Part shown: in pieces, positions 47,139 to 56,768 of the stretch
How positions within the stretch are numbered: the stretch's first letter is position 1
Layout: each line of letters starts with the position of its first letter
Source of the DNA: Acidobacteriota bacterium
GTDB taxonomy: Bacteria > Acidobacteriota > UBA6911 > RPQK01 > JAJDTT01
DNA length: 64,000 nt
Assembly (NCBI GenBank): GCA_965209055.1
Contig: OZ242374.1
Span: 64,001-128,000 of the forward strand
Direction of reading: 5' to 3'
Program-made: the position numbers and the translations under genes
The notes under the pieces: generated by a model
What the model was told of the DNA's origin: nothing
Database searches by the model: none
Seen by the model: the letters and a program-made list of their open reading frames with translations, nothing else

Positions 47139-48329
47139 GTGGGAACGAATGATTTGGACCTGATGAACCGTCCGTGCAAGATCCTGGTGGTGGACGACGA
47201 ACCGGATCTTGAGCCGCTCATGCTTCAGCGTATGCGGCGGCCAATACGCTCCGGCCGGTACACTTTCGTGTTTGCCCGAAACGGTGTCGAAGCTCTCGAA
47301 CGGCTGAACGAGGAGCAGGACATCGACATGGTGCTGTCAGACATCAACATGCCCCAAATGGATGGGCTCACGTTGTTGCAGCAGATCCCCAAGGTCGATC
47401 CCAACATCCGTTCCGTCATCATTTCGGCGTACGGTGACATGAAGAATATCCGGACGGCGATGAACCGGGGAGCGTTTGACTTCGTCACCAAGCCGCTGGA
47501 TTTCAAAGACCTTCGAATCACCATCGACCGGACGGTCCAGCACATGATGGAGTGGCGCGAGGCCCTGGCTTCGCGGGACAAGCTGGTCGCGTTGCAGAAC
47601 GAACTCAATGTCGCCAACCAGATGCAGCAATCCATCCTTCCCAGTCAGTTCCCCAAGGGCACCGACTACGAAGTGTCCGCCAGCATGGAGGCGGCTCGCA
47701 ATGTGGGCGGAGATTTTTACGATGTCATCCACCTCCACGAAGGCCGGATCGGTCTGGCCATTGCGGACGTTTCGGACAAGGGAGTGCCTGCCGCGCTCTT
47801 CATGATGTCCAGCCGGACTCTGCTCAAGGGCGCCGCCATCGGCACTCTGGATCCGGGCCGGGTCCTGAGGGAGGTCAATAACCTGCTTGACGAGGACAAC
47901 GACGCCGCCATGTTCGTCACCCTCCTGTACGCGGTGTACGATCCGGCCAGCGGAGAACTGACCTACGCCAACGGCGGACACAACTCCCCGCTGGTCGTCC
48001 ATGCCGACGGACGCTCCTCTCTGCTTCCTCTCACTCATGGGATCGCCCTGGGTGTGATTCCCGACCTCGATTTCCACGAAAACACCGTGGTCCTTTCACC
48101 CGGAGACACCGTGGTTTTCTACACCGACGGCGTCACCGAGGCCATGGACGACGACGGCGAAGAGTTCGGTACGGAACGTCTGTTCGAGATCTTTGCGGAT
48201 GGGCCCCCGAAAGATTCCGAGGAGGCCAACAACGCGGTCTTCGAGGCGGTCAGGGACTTCGTCGGGGATACTCCTCAATCGGACGACATCACCTGCATGG
48301 TGCTCTATCGAAGGGAGAGCGATCGTTGA
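47139..48329 (+). CDS. Receiver domain fused to a PP2C/SpoIIE phosphatase (RsbU/RsbP-like)
   Basis: ILVVDDE, SDINMP, DFVTKP; then VGGDFYD, ADVSDKG, YTDGVTE and SDDIT. Confidence 0.93.
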   Translation: MGTNDLDLMNRPCKILVVDDEPDLEPLMLQRMRRPIRSGRYTFVFARNGVEALERLNEEQDIDMVLSDINMPQMDGLTLLQQIPKVDPNIRSVIISAYGDMKNIRTAMNRGAFDFVTKPLDFKDLRITIDRTVQHMMEWREALASRDKLVALQNELNVANQMQQSILPSQFPKGTDYEVSASMEAARNVGGDFYDVIHLHEGRIGLAIADVSDKGVPAALFMMSSRTLLKGAAIGTLDPGRVLREVNNLLDEDNDAAMFVTLLYAVYDPASGELTYANGGHNSPLVVHADGRSSLLPLTHGIALGVIPDLDFHENTVVLSPGDTVVFYTDGVTEAMDDDGEEFGTERLFEIFADGPPKDSEEANNAVFEAVRDFVGDTPQSDDITCMVLYRRESDR

Positions 48330-48745
48330 GCCGGAAGCTGGCCCTGAAGATTGCACCCAGGGCCGAAGAATTGGATACGATCACAGCCGCCGTGGAAGAA
48401 TTCGGCGACGCCGAGAAATGGCCGCCGCAACTCGTCTTTCGAGTCAATCTGGTGCTCGAGGAGTTGGGACTCAACATCATCAACCACGGCAGGACCGACG
48501 ATCTCCATGAGATCGAGATCACTTTGACCTCGGAACCGGGATCGCTCACCATCGAGATCGTGGACAATGGCCTTCCCTTCGATCCGTTGGAGGATGCGCC
48601 CTCGCCCGATCTGGACTCCGGAGTCGCAGACCGTGCCGTGGGCGGTCTGGGTGTCTACCTGGTGCGCACCATGATGGACGAGATGCACTATCGCCGCGAC
48701 GGAGGTAGAAACTACCTGACCCTGGTCAAAGAGTTGGCCGAGTGA
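48326..48745 (+). CDS. RsbW-like anti-sigma factor Ser kinase, copy 1
   Basis: LEEL..NII.HG, DNG.PFDP and GGLGVYLV. Confidence 0.92.
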   Translation: MSRKLALKIAPRAEELDTITAAVEEFGDAEKWPPQLVFRVNLVLEELGLNIINHGRTDDLHEIEITLTSEPGSLTIEIVDNGLPFDPLEDAPSPDLDSGVADRAVGGLGVYLVRTMMDEMHYRRDGGRNYLTLVKELAE

Positions 48746-48924
48746 CGCCGGGATCCGCCATGGAGGCGCGCTCCAACTCCTCCCGGCTCCAAGCGCGCCA
48801 CGCCGGCGCGGCGGGTGGAACGGACGGCAACGTTCGCCATAGCCTGACGTTGGCAGTTCCAGGCTCCCAACCCCCGGTGCTGTCAAACACGCGAGCGATC
48901 TGATCGGTCGCCTATGGGTTCGCG

Positions 48925-49812
48925 ATGGACAGGGCCGCTGCCATGGAGACGCCGTCCGGCAAAGCTGCGGCGGATGAGAACTTCCCCGTCGGCTCCTGGT
49001 TGTTGCCGGCGGACCTGAGACCTCATATTGCAACCTTCTATGCCTATGCCCGGGCGATCGACGATATTGCCGACAACCCCGACCTGGATCCGGGAGACAA
49101 GATCGAGCGACTGGACGGCTTCGCCCGAGCGGTGAGGGGCGCCGAAACAGGTGATCCGGCTTTTGGCAAAGCTCACGCCGTCCGCCGCAGTCTGGAGATC
49201 ACGCAGGTCACCCATCGGCATTGTGTCGATCTGACGCGCGCCTTCATACAGGACGCGACCAAACTGCGGTATGCCGACTGGAACGATCTCATCGGTTACT
49301 GTGATCTTTCGGCAGCGCCCGTGGGGCGCTACCTGGTCGACCTTCATGGCGAATCGAAGGCCGCGTATCCCGCCTGCGACGCCCTTTGCAACGCGCTCCA
49401 GGTGCTCAACCACCTGCAGGACTGCGGACCTGACTACCGTTCGTTGAACCGGGTCTATCTTCCTCAGAACTGGATGGCGGCGGCCGGGGCCGGTGTCGAG
49501 GCGCTGGGACGCAGGCGTTCGACTCCGGCGCTCAGGCGAGTATTGAATCGGTGCCTCGATGCAACCGAGACGTTGTTGGAGTCGGCGGATCGCCTGCCGG
49601 ACCGGTTTCGCAACCTTCGTTTCGCCATGGAAACGGCCGTGATCGTAGCCATCGCCCGGAAGCTCAGCAGGGAGTTGCGCCGGCGGGACCCTTTGGCCGA
49701 ACGGGTCGTGCTGACCAAGGTTCAGTACGCGGCCTGCTTTTGGCGTGGAATCGGCCGGACCTTGCTCGTGAGGGTCCGGCGTCGGCGCACCGAAGCCGAA
49801 CAAGTAACATGA
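48925..49812 (+). CDS. hpnC: Squalene pathway HpnC (hydroxysqualene synthase)
   Basis: ENFPVGSWLLP, ARAIDDIAD, YC..SAAPVGR and ALQVLNHLQD...D...LNRVYLP. Confidence 0.92.
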   Translation: MDRAAAMETPSGKAAADENFPVGSWLLPADLRPHIATFYAYARAIDDIADNPDLDPGDKIERLDGFARAVRGAETGDPAFGKAHAVRRSLEITQVTHRHCVDLTRAFIQDATKLRYADWNDLIGYCDLSAAPVGRYLVDLHGESKAAYPACDALCNALQVLNHLQDCGPDYRSLNRVYLPQNWMAAAGAGVEALGRRRSTPALRRVLNRCLDATETLLESADRLPDRFRNLRFAMETAVIVAIARKLSRELRRRDPLAERVVLTKVQYAACFWRGIGRTLLVRVRRRRTEAEQVT

Positions 49813-49860
49813 TCGTCGTGTTTCCGATGAAGAAATGCGGGCTGGAGGGCCGACGTCGCA

Positions 49861-50793
49861 GTGGTTGTGCGACATGAAGGTTTCCGCCGCGGGAAGGCTG
49901 ACAACGTGAGGACGGTATCTCGATCGCAAGCCGGACCGGGAAGCCGGCCCGGCGGTCGGATCAATCCCGCGGATCACGTGAATCGTGTCGTAGCGCGTTC
50001 GGGCACGTCGTTCCTGTGGGGCATGAGAGCGCTTTCGGCGGAGCGGCGCCGTGCAATCTACGCCATCTATGCGTTCTGCCGGGAAGTCGACGACATTGCC
50101 GACGAACCGGGCGAAGACGCCGACAAGAGGCGAGCGCTGGCGGCATGGAGGCAAGAGATCGACCGGCTCTATGCGGGGGAGCCGAATTGGCCGACCACGA
50201 GGGCTCTGTTGAAACCGGTGCGCCGTTACAACTTGCCGCAAGAGGAATTCCTGGCGGTGATCGAGGGTATGGAAATCGATGCCGGGCCCACCGTGCGGAT
50301 GCAGAACCTGGATGATTTGTTGCACTATTGCCGCAAGGTCGCGGGAGCTGTCGGCAGGCTGTCCATCCATGCTTTCGGCGTGCCGCGCAACCCCGGATTT
50401 CAAATCGCCGAGACGCTGGGGAACGCTTTGCAACTGACGAATATCCTTCGTGACCTGAAGGCGGATGCGGCGCTGCATCGGCTCTACGTGCCACAGGAGT
50501 TGCTGAGCAAGCACGGCGTCGCCGCCACGTCGTTGAACGCAACCCTGAGTCATCCAGGCTTCAGCGCAGCCTGCGCCGAACTGGCCGGTCTCGCTCGAGG
50601 TTACTACGCCGAAACCGAAAGACTGATCGCCGAATTCGGATGGCGGAGGATTCGCCCTGCCGTTCTCATGATGGCGGTGTACCGGGAATTGCTCGATCGC
50701 CTGGAAGAGCGGGGATGGACGCGGCTCGACGTCGGCATCCGGCTGACGCGGTTCCGGAAGCTGCTGCTCGCTCTGCGTTACGGACTGTGCTGA
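49861..50793 (+). CDS. hpnD: Presqualene diphosphate synthase HpnD
   Basis: SGTSF, YAFCREVDDIAD, YC.KVAGAVG and ALQLTNILRD; start approximate. Confidence 0.92.
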   Translation: MVVRHEGFRRGKADNVRTVSRSQAGPGSRPGGRINPADHVNRVVARSGTSFLWGMRALSAERRRAIYAIYAFCREVDDIADEPGEDADKRRALAAWRQEIDRLYAGEPNWPTTRALLKPVRRYNLPQEEFLAVIEGMEIDAGPTVRMQNLDDLLHYCRKVAGAVGRLSIHAFGVPRNPGFQIAETLGNALQLTNILRDLKADAALHRLYVPQELLSKHGVAATSLNATLSHPGFSAACAELAGLARGYYAETERLIAEFGWRRIRPAVLMMAVYRELLDRLEERGWTRLDVGIRLTRFRKLLLALRYGLC

Positions 50794-50805
50794 CGGAGGT
50801 TCACC

Positions 50806-52083
50806 GTGCCCCGAACCCACGTCATCGGCGCCGGTTTGGCGGGTCTCGCCACCGCGGTGTCGCTGGTGCGGCGGGGCCGGGACGTGACGCTCTACGAAGC
50901 GGGCGGCCATGCGGGAGGCCGCTGCCGCTCCTACGCCGATGCCAAGCTTGAGCGCACGATAGACAACGGCAACCATCTGCTGCTGAGCGGCAACCGCGCC
51001 GCGATGCGCTACCTGGCTGACATCGAGGCCGCCGACTCCCTGATCGGCCCGGCTTCCGCCTGCTTTCCGTTCCTGGATTTGCGCACGGGTCAAAGGTGGC
51101 TGCTGCGGCCGAATGCCGGACGACTCCCGTGGTGGATCCTGAAGTCCGGGCGGCGGGTGCCGGACACAAGGGTCTGGAATTACTTTTCGGCGCTGCGGTT
51201 CGTCACGGCGGGTGCCGACGCGACCGTGACCGACTGCGTCGGAGGAACCGGCGTTCTCTTCGAGAGATTCTGGAAACCGCTGGCGGTCGGTGCATTGAAT
51301 ACGCCGGCTCGATCCGGGGCGGCGAGGCTCCTGTGGTCCGTTTTGCGTGAGACATTCGCCCGAGGGGAGGCGGCCTGCCGGCCGCGGATCGCCAAGACAG
51401 GACTCTCCGCCGCCTTCGTGGACCCGGCCCTGAAGTTCCTTCACCAAAGGGGCGCGACGGTTCGGTTCGGCCGCCGATTACGCAGGATCAGCTACCGGGG
51501 CCGCCGCGCGAACGGTCTGGACTTCGGCTCCGAAAGAATACGATTGCGGGAAGGCGGGTCCGTGGTACTGGCTGTTCCTCCTCTGGCTGCGGCGGAGCTG
51601 GTGCCGGGGTTGTCCGTCCCCGGCGAAACCCACGCCATCGTCAACGCTCATTTCCGGTTGTCCAAACCGGCCGGAATGCCGCCGGAGCTTCCTCTCCTCG
51701 GACTGATCGGGGGAACCGCGCAGTGGCTCTTCATTCGCGGCGACGTGGCTTCCGTCACCGTCAGCGCAGCGGACGCACTGGCAGGCGAGCCGGCAGAAGT
51801 CATTGCCCGCAGGAGTTGGAACGACGTTGCGGCGGCGTTGGGCCAGGAGCGCGAAAGGATACCCCGCTGCCGCGTCGTCAAGGAAAAGCGCGCCACGTTC
51901 GCGCAGACGCCCGGCCAGGTGAGGCGGCGTCCCTCGACCGGAAGCGAGTTCGCCAACCTGTTGCTGGCCGGGGATTGGATCGACACGGGTCTGCCCGCAA
52001 CCATCGAGAGCGCAGTTCGTTCCGGTCAGATGGCGGCTCGCGTCATAGCGGGATCCGGGACGCCTGGTGCGGAGCGCCCGTAG
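50806..52083 (+). CDS. hpnE: Hydroxysqualene dehydroxylase HpnE (FAD-dependent)
   Basis: GAGLAG, GGRCRSY, DNGNHLLL, EKRATF and LAGDW..TGLPATIESAVRSG; directly follows hpnCD. Confidence 0.92.
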   Translation: MPRTHVIGAGLAGLATAVSLVRRGRDVTLYEAGGHAGGRCRSYADAKLERTIDNGNHLLLSGNRAAMRYLADIEAADSLIGPASACFPFLDLRTGQRWLLRPNAGRLPWWILKSGRRVPDTRVWNYFSALRFVTAGADATVTDCVGGTGVLFERFWKPLAVGALNTPARSGAARLLWSVLRETFARGEAACRPRIAKTGLSAAFVDPALKFLHQRGATVRFGRRLRRISYRGRRANGLDFGSERIRLREGGSVVLAVPPLAAAELVPGLSVPGETHAIVNAHFRLSKPAGMPPELPLLGLIGGTAQWLFIRGDVASVTVSAADALAGEPAEVIARRSWNDVAAALGQERERIPRCRVVKEKRATFAQTPGQVRRRPSTGSEFANLLLAGDWIDTGLPATIESAVRSGQMAARVIAGSGTPGAERP

Positions 52084-52474
52084 CCGGTTGACGGGTTCGA
52101 TCAGACTCCCGGACCCTGGATCAATGACCGGAATGCGACAACGCGCATGGGGCCGGAAACCGCCGGTTGATCAATCCTGCGGCCGGGATATTTGATCCGG
52201 CAGCGGCCTTCCTGAAAATGGGAGGGGGGTCGTTACTGTGTGCTATGATTTGTTGCTGACTCGGTCCAGGGAATTGGATCGAGCATAAAACCCTTTACGG
52301 CGGGCACTTTCGGCGCATCCGCATGTGATTGGCTGGCACGCGCGGCGCATTGATCGGGCCTGGAGATTCACCGTCGAATCTGGAATGGCCTTCGACCGGG
52401 ACAGTTCTCCGGACGGAGCGTCCTGAAGATCCGCTGCTGTCCATCAGTCAGGCAGACTGTCAGGAGATCGACGA

Positions 52475-53647
52475 ATGCTGCAATCCCCCTCGGCATATGT
52501 CGAGGGCTACCGGGAGGCCCGGCGCTACGACCAGACGCTTGCCGACAGCTATATCCGGCACACAACCGTCGGCGACCCCGCGCTCGATCCGGTGATGGAC
52601 GAGGTCTCCTCGTTGCCGCCCCACGTATTGCATCGATTCATCCGAGCCGGGATCGACCAGGACGAAGAGGGTCTTCGCGCCGCGCCGCAGTCACTGCGCG
52701 GTTTTTTCGAGAATCTGGAAGATCCCCCCTGGTTCGACTACGAAGCTTTTCGTCCCGGCGTCCGGGCCTTTCACCTGAACACGACGAAAATCCTCGTCGC
52801 CTTTGTCACGGGCGTGCTGATCGAGGGATTTGCGACGCTGATCGCCAAGTCTTTCGCCACGACGGGACGCGTCTTGAGCCCCTTGACCGCGAGAAGGCGC
52901 CTGATGCAGAACAACCGCCATCTGCTGGAGGTGTTTTTCCCCGGAGGTCTGCGGAGGGATGGAGATGGTTGGAAGCTCTCCATGCGCCTTCGCTTCGTTC
53001 ACGCCCGAGTGAGGCACCTGTTGGCGAATTCCGACGCTTGGGATGCCGATGCTTGGGGTACGCCGATCAGCGCGGCGCACCTGGGTTTCGCCACCACCGT
53101 CTTTTCCATGCGCCTGCTCCAGCATTCGATTTCCGTGGGGGCCAGGTATTCCGGGGAGGAGCGAGAGAGTGTGCTGCAAGTCTGGCGATACGCCGGGTAC
53201 GTCATGGGGGTGCCCGAGTCCATCCTCTTTTCCAGTGAAAGCCACGCGCGCGAAATATTCGATGTAGCCCACATGTGCGAGCCGACCCCGGACAGTGATT
53301 CGGCCACCATGGCCAACGCGCTGGTAGAGGCGATTCCCCTGACGGCGGGAATCGAAGACCCGGAGGAACAGGTCGCCGTGAAGGACCTGGCCTACCGGCT
53401 GTCACGCTCCCTGATCGGAAACAGGCTTGCCGACCAGTTGCAGTTTCCAAAGTCGAATACCTTGGGTGTGCTGTTCGCTTACCGGTTGAAACAACGTTTT
53501 CAGCATCTGCTCAAGAGCCAGCAGTTGATCAGGTCGGAGAATTTTTGCCAGATGCTCGAAATCTCGGTCTACGACGAGGCCGTGTTGGGCGCGATGAGTT
53601 ACAAATTGCCTGACCACGTTCGGGCGTCGAAATCGAGTCCCTGGTGA
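52475..53647 (+). CDS. MpaB/Lcp (rubber-oxygenase-like, DUF2236) family heme oxygenase
   Basis: GDPALD, PPWFD, TGR, PGGL...GDGWK...RLRFVHARVR (candidate heme His), WGTPIS and WRYAGYVMGVP. Confidence 0.8.
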   Translation: MLQSPSAYVEGYREARRYDQTLADSYIRHTTVGDPALDPVMDEVSSLPPHVLHRFIRAGIDQDEEGLRAAPQSLRGFFENLEDPPWFDYEAFRPGVRAFHLNTTKILVAFVTGVLIEGFATLIAKSFATTGRVLSPLTARRRLMQNNRHLLEVFFPGGLRRDGDGWKLSMRLRFVHARVRHLLANSDAWDADAWGTPISAAHLGFATTVFSMRLLQHSISVGARYSGEERESVLQVWRYAGYVMGVPESILFSSESHAREIFDVAHMCEPTPDSDSATMANALVEAIPLTAGIEDPEEQVAVKDLAYRLSRSLIGNRLADQLQFPKSNTLGVLFAYRLKQRFQHLLKSQQLIRSENFCQMLEISVYDEAVLGAMSYKLPDHVRASKSSPW

Positions 53648-55947
53648 ACGAAGGTATGACGTCGCCCTTCTTGGACCGCTACATTGCTGTTGTCCTGAAC
53701 CACCGCTGGACGGTGTTGGTGGTTGCGACAGTGGTCATGCTGGTCATGACGGCAGGTGCCCGGTACATCACCACCACGAACGACTACCGAATTCTGTTCG
53801 ACGAAGACAATCCCCAACTCGCCGCATTCGATGCCCTGGAGAACACCTATGCCGCATCCAACAGGGCATTGATCGCCATTGCGCCCGGGGCGGGTTCCGT
53901 ATTCACGCTCGAGGCGCTTGGGGCGATCGAGGAACTGACCGAAGCTGCCTGGGGCGCCCCCTATTCCACACGGGTCGATTCCCTCACCAACTATTCCCAT
54001 AGCGAAGCGGTCGAGGACGACCTGGTGGTCGAGCCGCTGGTCGATGACGCACAGTCTCTGAACGATGCCGACCTGGCCCGAATCCGGACGATTGCGCTGA
54101 ATGCTTCCGAGATCGCCGGGCGCCTGGTCTCCACCGACGGCCGAGTCGGCGGCTTGACCATCAATTTCGTCCTGCCCGAAGATCCGGACGCCGCGGTGGC
54201 GGAGATCAACGACTATCTCAACGCCGCTCTGGAAGAGGCTCGCGGACGGCATCCTGAAATCGCCTATTTCCTGACCGGCGATGTCGTCATGCACCGCGCC
54301 TTCGCCGAAGCCACACAGGACGATCTTCAGATCCTGGTTCCCATCGTTTTTCTGGTGATCGCGGCCTCCGCCGCGATTCTTCTGCGCTCGTTTCTTGCCA
54401 CCCTGTCCATCTCGGTCCTGCTCGTATTCATCGTCAACACGACAATGGGGTTGGCGGGCTGGCTCGGAACCGTGATGAGTCCGACCAATGCCGGGGTACC
54501 CATTATCGTGATGGCGGTCGCCGTTGCGGATTCAATTCACATCGTCACCAGCACCTTGCTGGGCATGAGCCGCGGTTTGAGCAGGAACGCCGCGATCGCG
54601 GCATCCGTGCGGACCAATGCTTATCCCGTATTTCTGACGACTCTCACAACGGTGATCGGCTTTCTCAGCCTGAACGCTTCGGACTCGCCTCCGTTTCGCG
54701 TCCTGGGCAATCTGGTGGCGTTCGGTGTTTCTTGTGCTTTCGTTTATTCCATGTTGCTTCTGCCGGCGGTGCTTTCGATCCTGCCGCTGCGCGCGCGCCG
54801 GCTGCTCCCTGAAAAGACTCTCTTCTTCGAACGCTTCGGCGCCTTTGTCGTGGCCAAGCGCAGATTTCTGCTCTGGTTCGTTCCCCTCATCGCCATAGGC
54901 CTCGTCATGGGCATCCCCCGCAACCAGTTGAGCGACAATTGGCCCAAGTATTTCGACGAGCGCTACCAGTTCCGGCGCGATACGGATTTCGTCATCGAAA
55001 ACCTGACCGGCTTGGATACGCTGGAGTATTCGCTGAAAGCGGGACGGGAAGGCGGCATCACCGATCCCGAATATCTGGGCGCCGTCGAGAAATTCGCCGA
55101 ATGGTACCGCACGCAACCCGAAGTGACCCATGTCCAGGCGTTCCCGGACATCATGAAACGCCTGAACAAGAACATGCACGGCGACGACCCCGGTTACTAT
55201 CGGTTGCCGGACGACCCCGAACTCGCGGCCCAATACCTGTTGGTCTACGAGCTGTCGCTTCCCTTCGGCAATGACCTGAACAACCGGATCGACATCGCCA
55301 AGTCCGAGACCCGCATGACGGTGACGGTCCGTGACTCTTCGTCGCGGGGCCTGCGCGAGTTGGACGCTCGCGCTCAAGATTGGCTCCGCGCCAACCTGCC
55401 CCATCGAGTCGTGCCGGCCACGGGCCTCAGTGTGGTCTTTGCCCACCTTTCTCTTCGAAACATCGAAAGCATGCTGCGGGGGACGATCATTGCCATGGCC
55501 ATCGTCTCGTTCATCCTGGTCCTGATATTCCGGAGCGTGCGCCACGGACTCATCAGTCTGATTCCCAACTTCATTCCTGCGGCAATGAGCTTCGGATTCT
55601 GGGGCTATCTGGTGGGCAATCTGGGTCTGGCCGGTTCCGTGATGACCGCGATTGCGTTCGGTATCGTCGTAGACGACACGATTCATTTCCTGACCAAGTA
55701 TCTGAAGGGGCGCCGCCAGGGCCTGGATGCGGCCGCGGCCGTGCGTTCCACATTCAACACTGTCGGAAAGGCTCTGTGGACCACGACTGCGGTCTTGTCG
55801 GCCGGCTTCCTGGTGTTCGCTTCATCGGGATTCGAGGTCAGCCGGTCGCTCGGACTCATGGTCACGATCACCATAGTGTTCGCGCTTCTCGCCGATTTCT
55901 TTCTGCTGCCGCCTCTGTTGATGGCCCTCGATCGGAGAAAATCATGA
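53644..55947 (+). CDS. MMPL/RND-family lipid exporter
   Basis: Two halves with AVADSIH / GIVVDDTIHF, TTLTTVIGF and large periplasmic loops; overlaps the oxygenase stop codon (GTGA). Confidence 0.9.
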   Translation: MNEGMTSPFLDRYIAVVLNHRWTVLVVATVVMLVMTAGARYITTTNDYRILFDEDNPQLAAFDALENTYAASNRALIAIAPGAGSVFTLEALGAIEELTEAAWGAPYSTRVDSLTNYSHSEAVEDDLVVEPLVDDAQSLNDADLARIRTIALNASEIAGRLVSTDGRVGGLTINFVLPEDPDAAVAEINDYLNAALEEARGRHPEIAYFLTGDVVMHRAFAEATQDDLQILVPIVFLVIAASAAILLRSFLATLSISVLLVFIVNTTMGLAGWLGTVMSPTNAGVPIIVMAVAVADSIHIVTSTLLGMSRGLSRNAAIAASVRTNAYPVFLTTLTTVIGFLSLNASDSPPFRVLGNLVAFGVSCAFVYSMLLLPAVLSILPLRARRLLPEKTLFFERFGAFVVAKRRFLLWFVPLIAIGLVMGIPRNQLSDNWPKYFDERYQFRRDTDFVIENLTGLDTLEYSLKAGREGGITDPEYLGAVEKFAEWYRTQPEVTHVQAFPDIMKRLNKNMHGDDPGYYRLPDDPELAAQYLLVYELSLPFGNDLNNRIDIAKSETRMTVTVRDSSSRGLRELDARAQDWLRANLPHRVVPATGLSVVFAHLSLRNIESMLRGTIIAMAIVSFILVLIFRSVRHGLISLIPNFIPAAMSFGFWGYLVGNLGLAGSVMTAIAFGIVVDDTIHFLTKYLKGRRQGLDAAAAVRSTFNTVGKALWTTTAVLSAGFLVFASSGFEVSRSLGLMVTITIVFALLADFFLLPPLLMALDRRKS

Positions 55948-56768
55948 TTTACTCTTGTTCCGTCCGGTCTCCCCTCGCGCATGTGGTTCCTGCCGTCGTC
56001 GTCATGGCCTGTCTGGCTTCGCCGGCGTTCGCCCGTTCCGACGACGCTTCCCCCGAAGAAATCGGCCTGAAGATTGCGCTCGAAGCGCGGGAGCAGGGAG
56101 ACGGATTCGGCAATTTTACGGCTCAACAGACCATGGTGTTGCGGAACAAGCAGGGGAAGCAGAGTCGGCGCCAACTCCGGGTCAGGGTGCTCGAAGTGCC
56201 CGGAGACGGAGACAAGAGCATGTTCGTCTTCGATGAGCCGCGGGACGTCAAGGGAACGGCTTTCCTGATCCACGCCCATCGCGACAAGGCGGACGACCAG
56301 TGGCTCTATCTCCCGGCGCTGAAGCGGGTGAAACGGATCAGTTCGTCGAACCGCTCCGGCTCCTTCATGGGCAGCGAGTTCGCCTATGAGGACATGAGCG
56401 CGCAGGAAGTGGAGAGATTCAGCTACCGATACCTGCGGGACGAGCCTTGCGGCGAGTTGACGTGCACCGTCTCCGAGCGCGTCCCTGTGGACAAGAAATC
56501 GGGTTACCGCAGGCAGTTGGTCTGGCAGGACAAAGACGCGTTTCGCGTTTGGAAGGTGGAATACTACGATCGCAAGGATTCGCACCTGAAGACCCTCACC
56601 TTGAGGAACTACCGGCAGTACCTGGATCGCTACTGGCAGGCGGGCGAGATGACGATGGTGAATCATCTCACCGGGAAAAGCACCGTTCTGACATGGACGG
56701 AATATGAATTCCGGACCAAGCTCAACGATCGCGACTTCACCCGCACCGGGCTGCAACGGATTCGTTAA
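55944..56768 (+). CDS. Periplasmic LolA-like outer-membrane lipoprotein-sorting protein
   Basis: Signal peptide; P.DVKGTAFL, DDQWLYLPALKRVKRI, SFMGSEFAYED and EYYDR...LK; ATGA overlap with the MMPL stop. Confidence 0.9.
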   Translation: MIYSCSVRSPLAHVVPAVVVMACLASPAFARSDDASPEEIGLKIALEAREQGDGFGNFTAQQTMVLRNKQGKQSRRQLRVRVLEVPGDGDKSMFVFDEPRDVKGTAFLIHAHRDKADDQWLYLPALKRVKRISSSNRSGSFMGSEFAYEDMSAQEVERFSYRYLRDEPCGELTCTVSERVPVDKKSGYRRQLVWQDKDAFRVWKVEYYDRKDSHLKTLTLRNYRQYLDRYWQAGEMTMVNHLTGKSTVLTWTEYEFRTKLNDRDFTRTGLQRIR

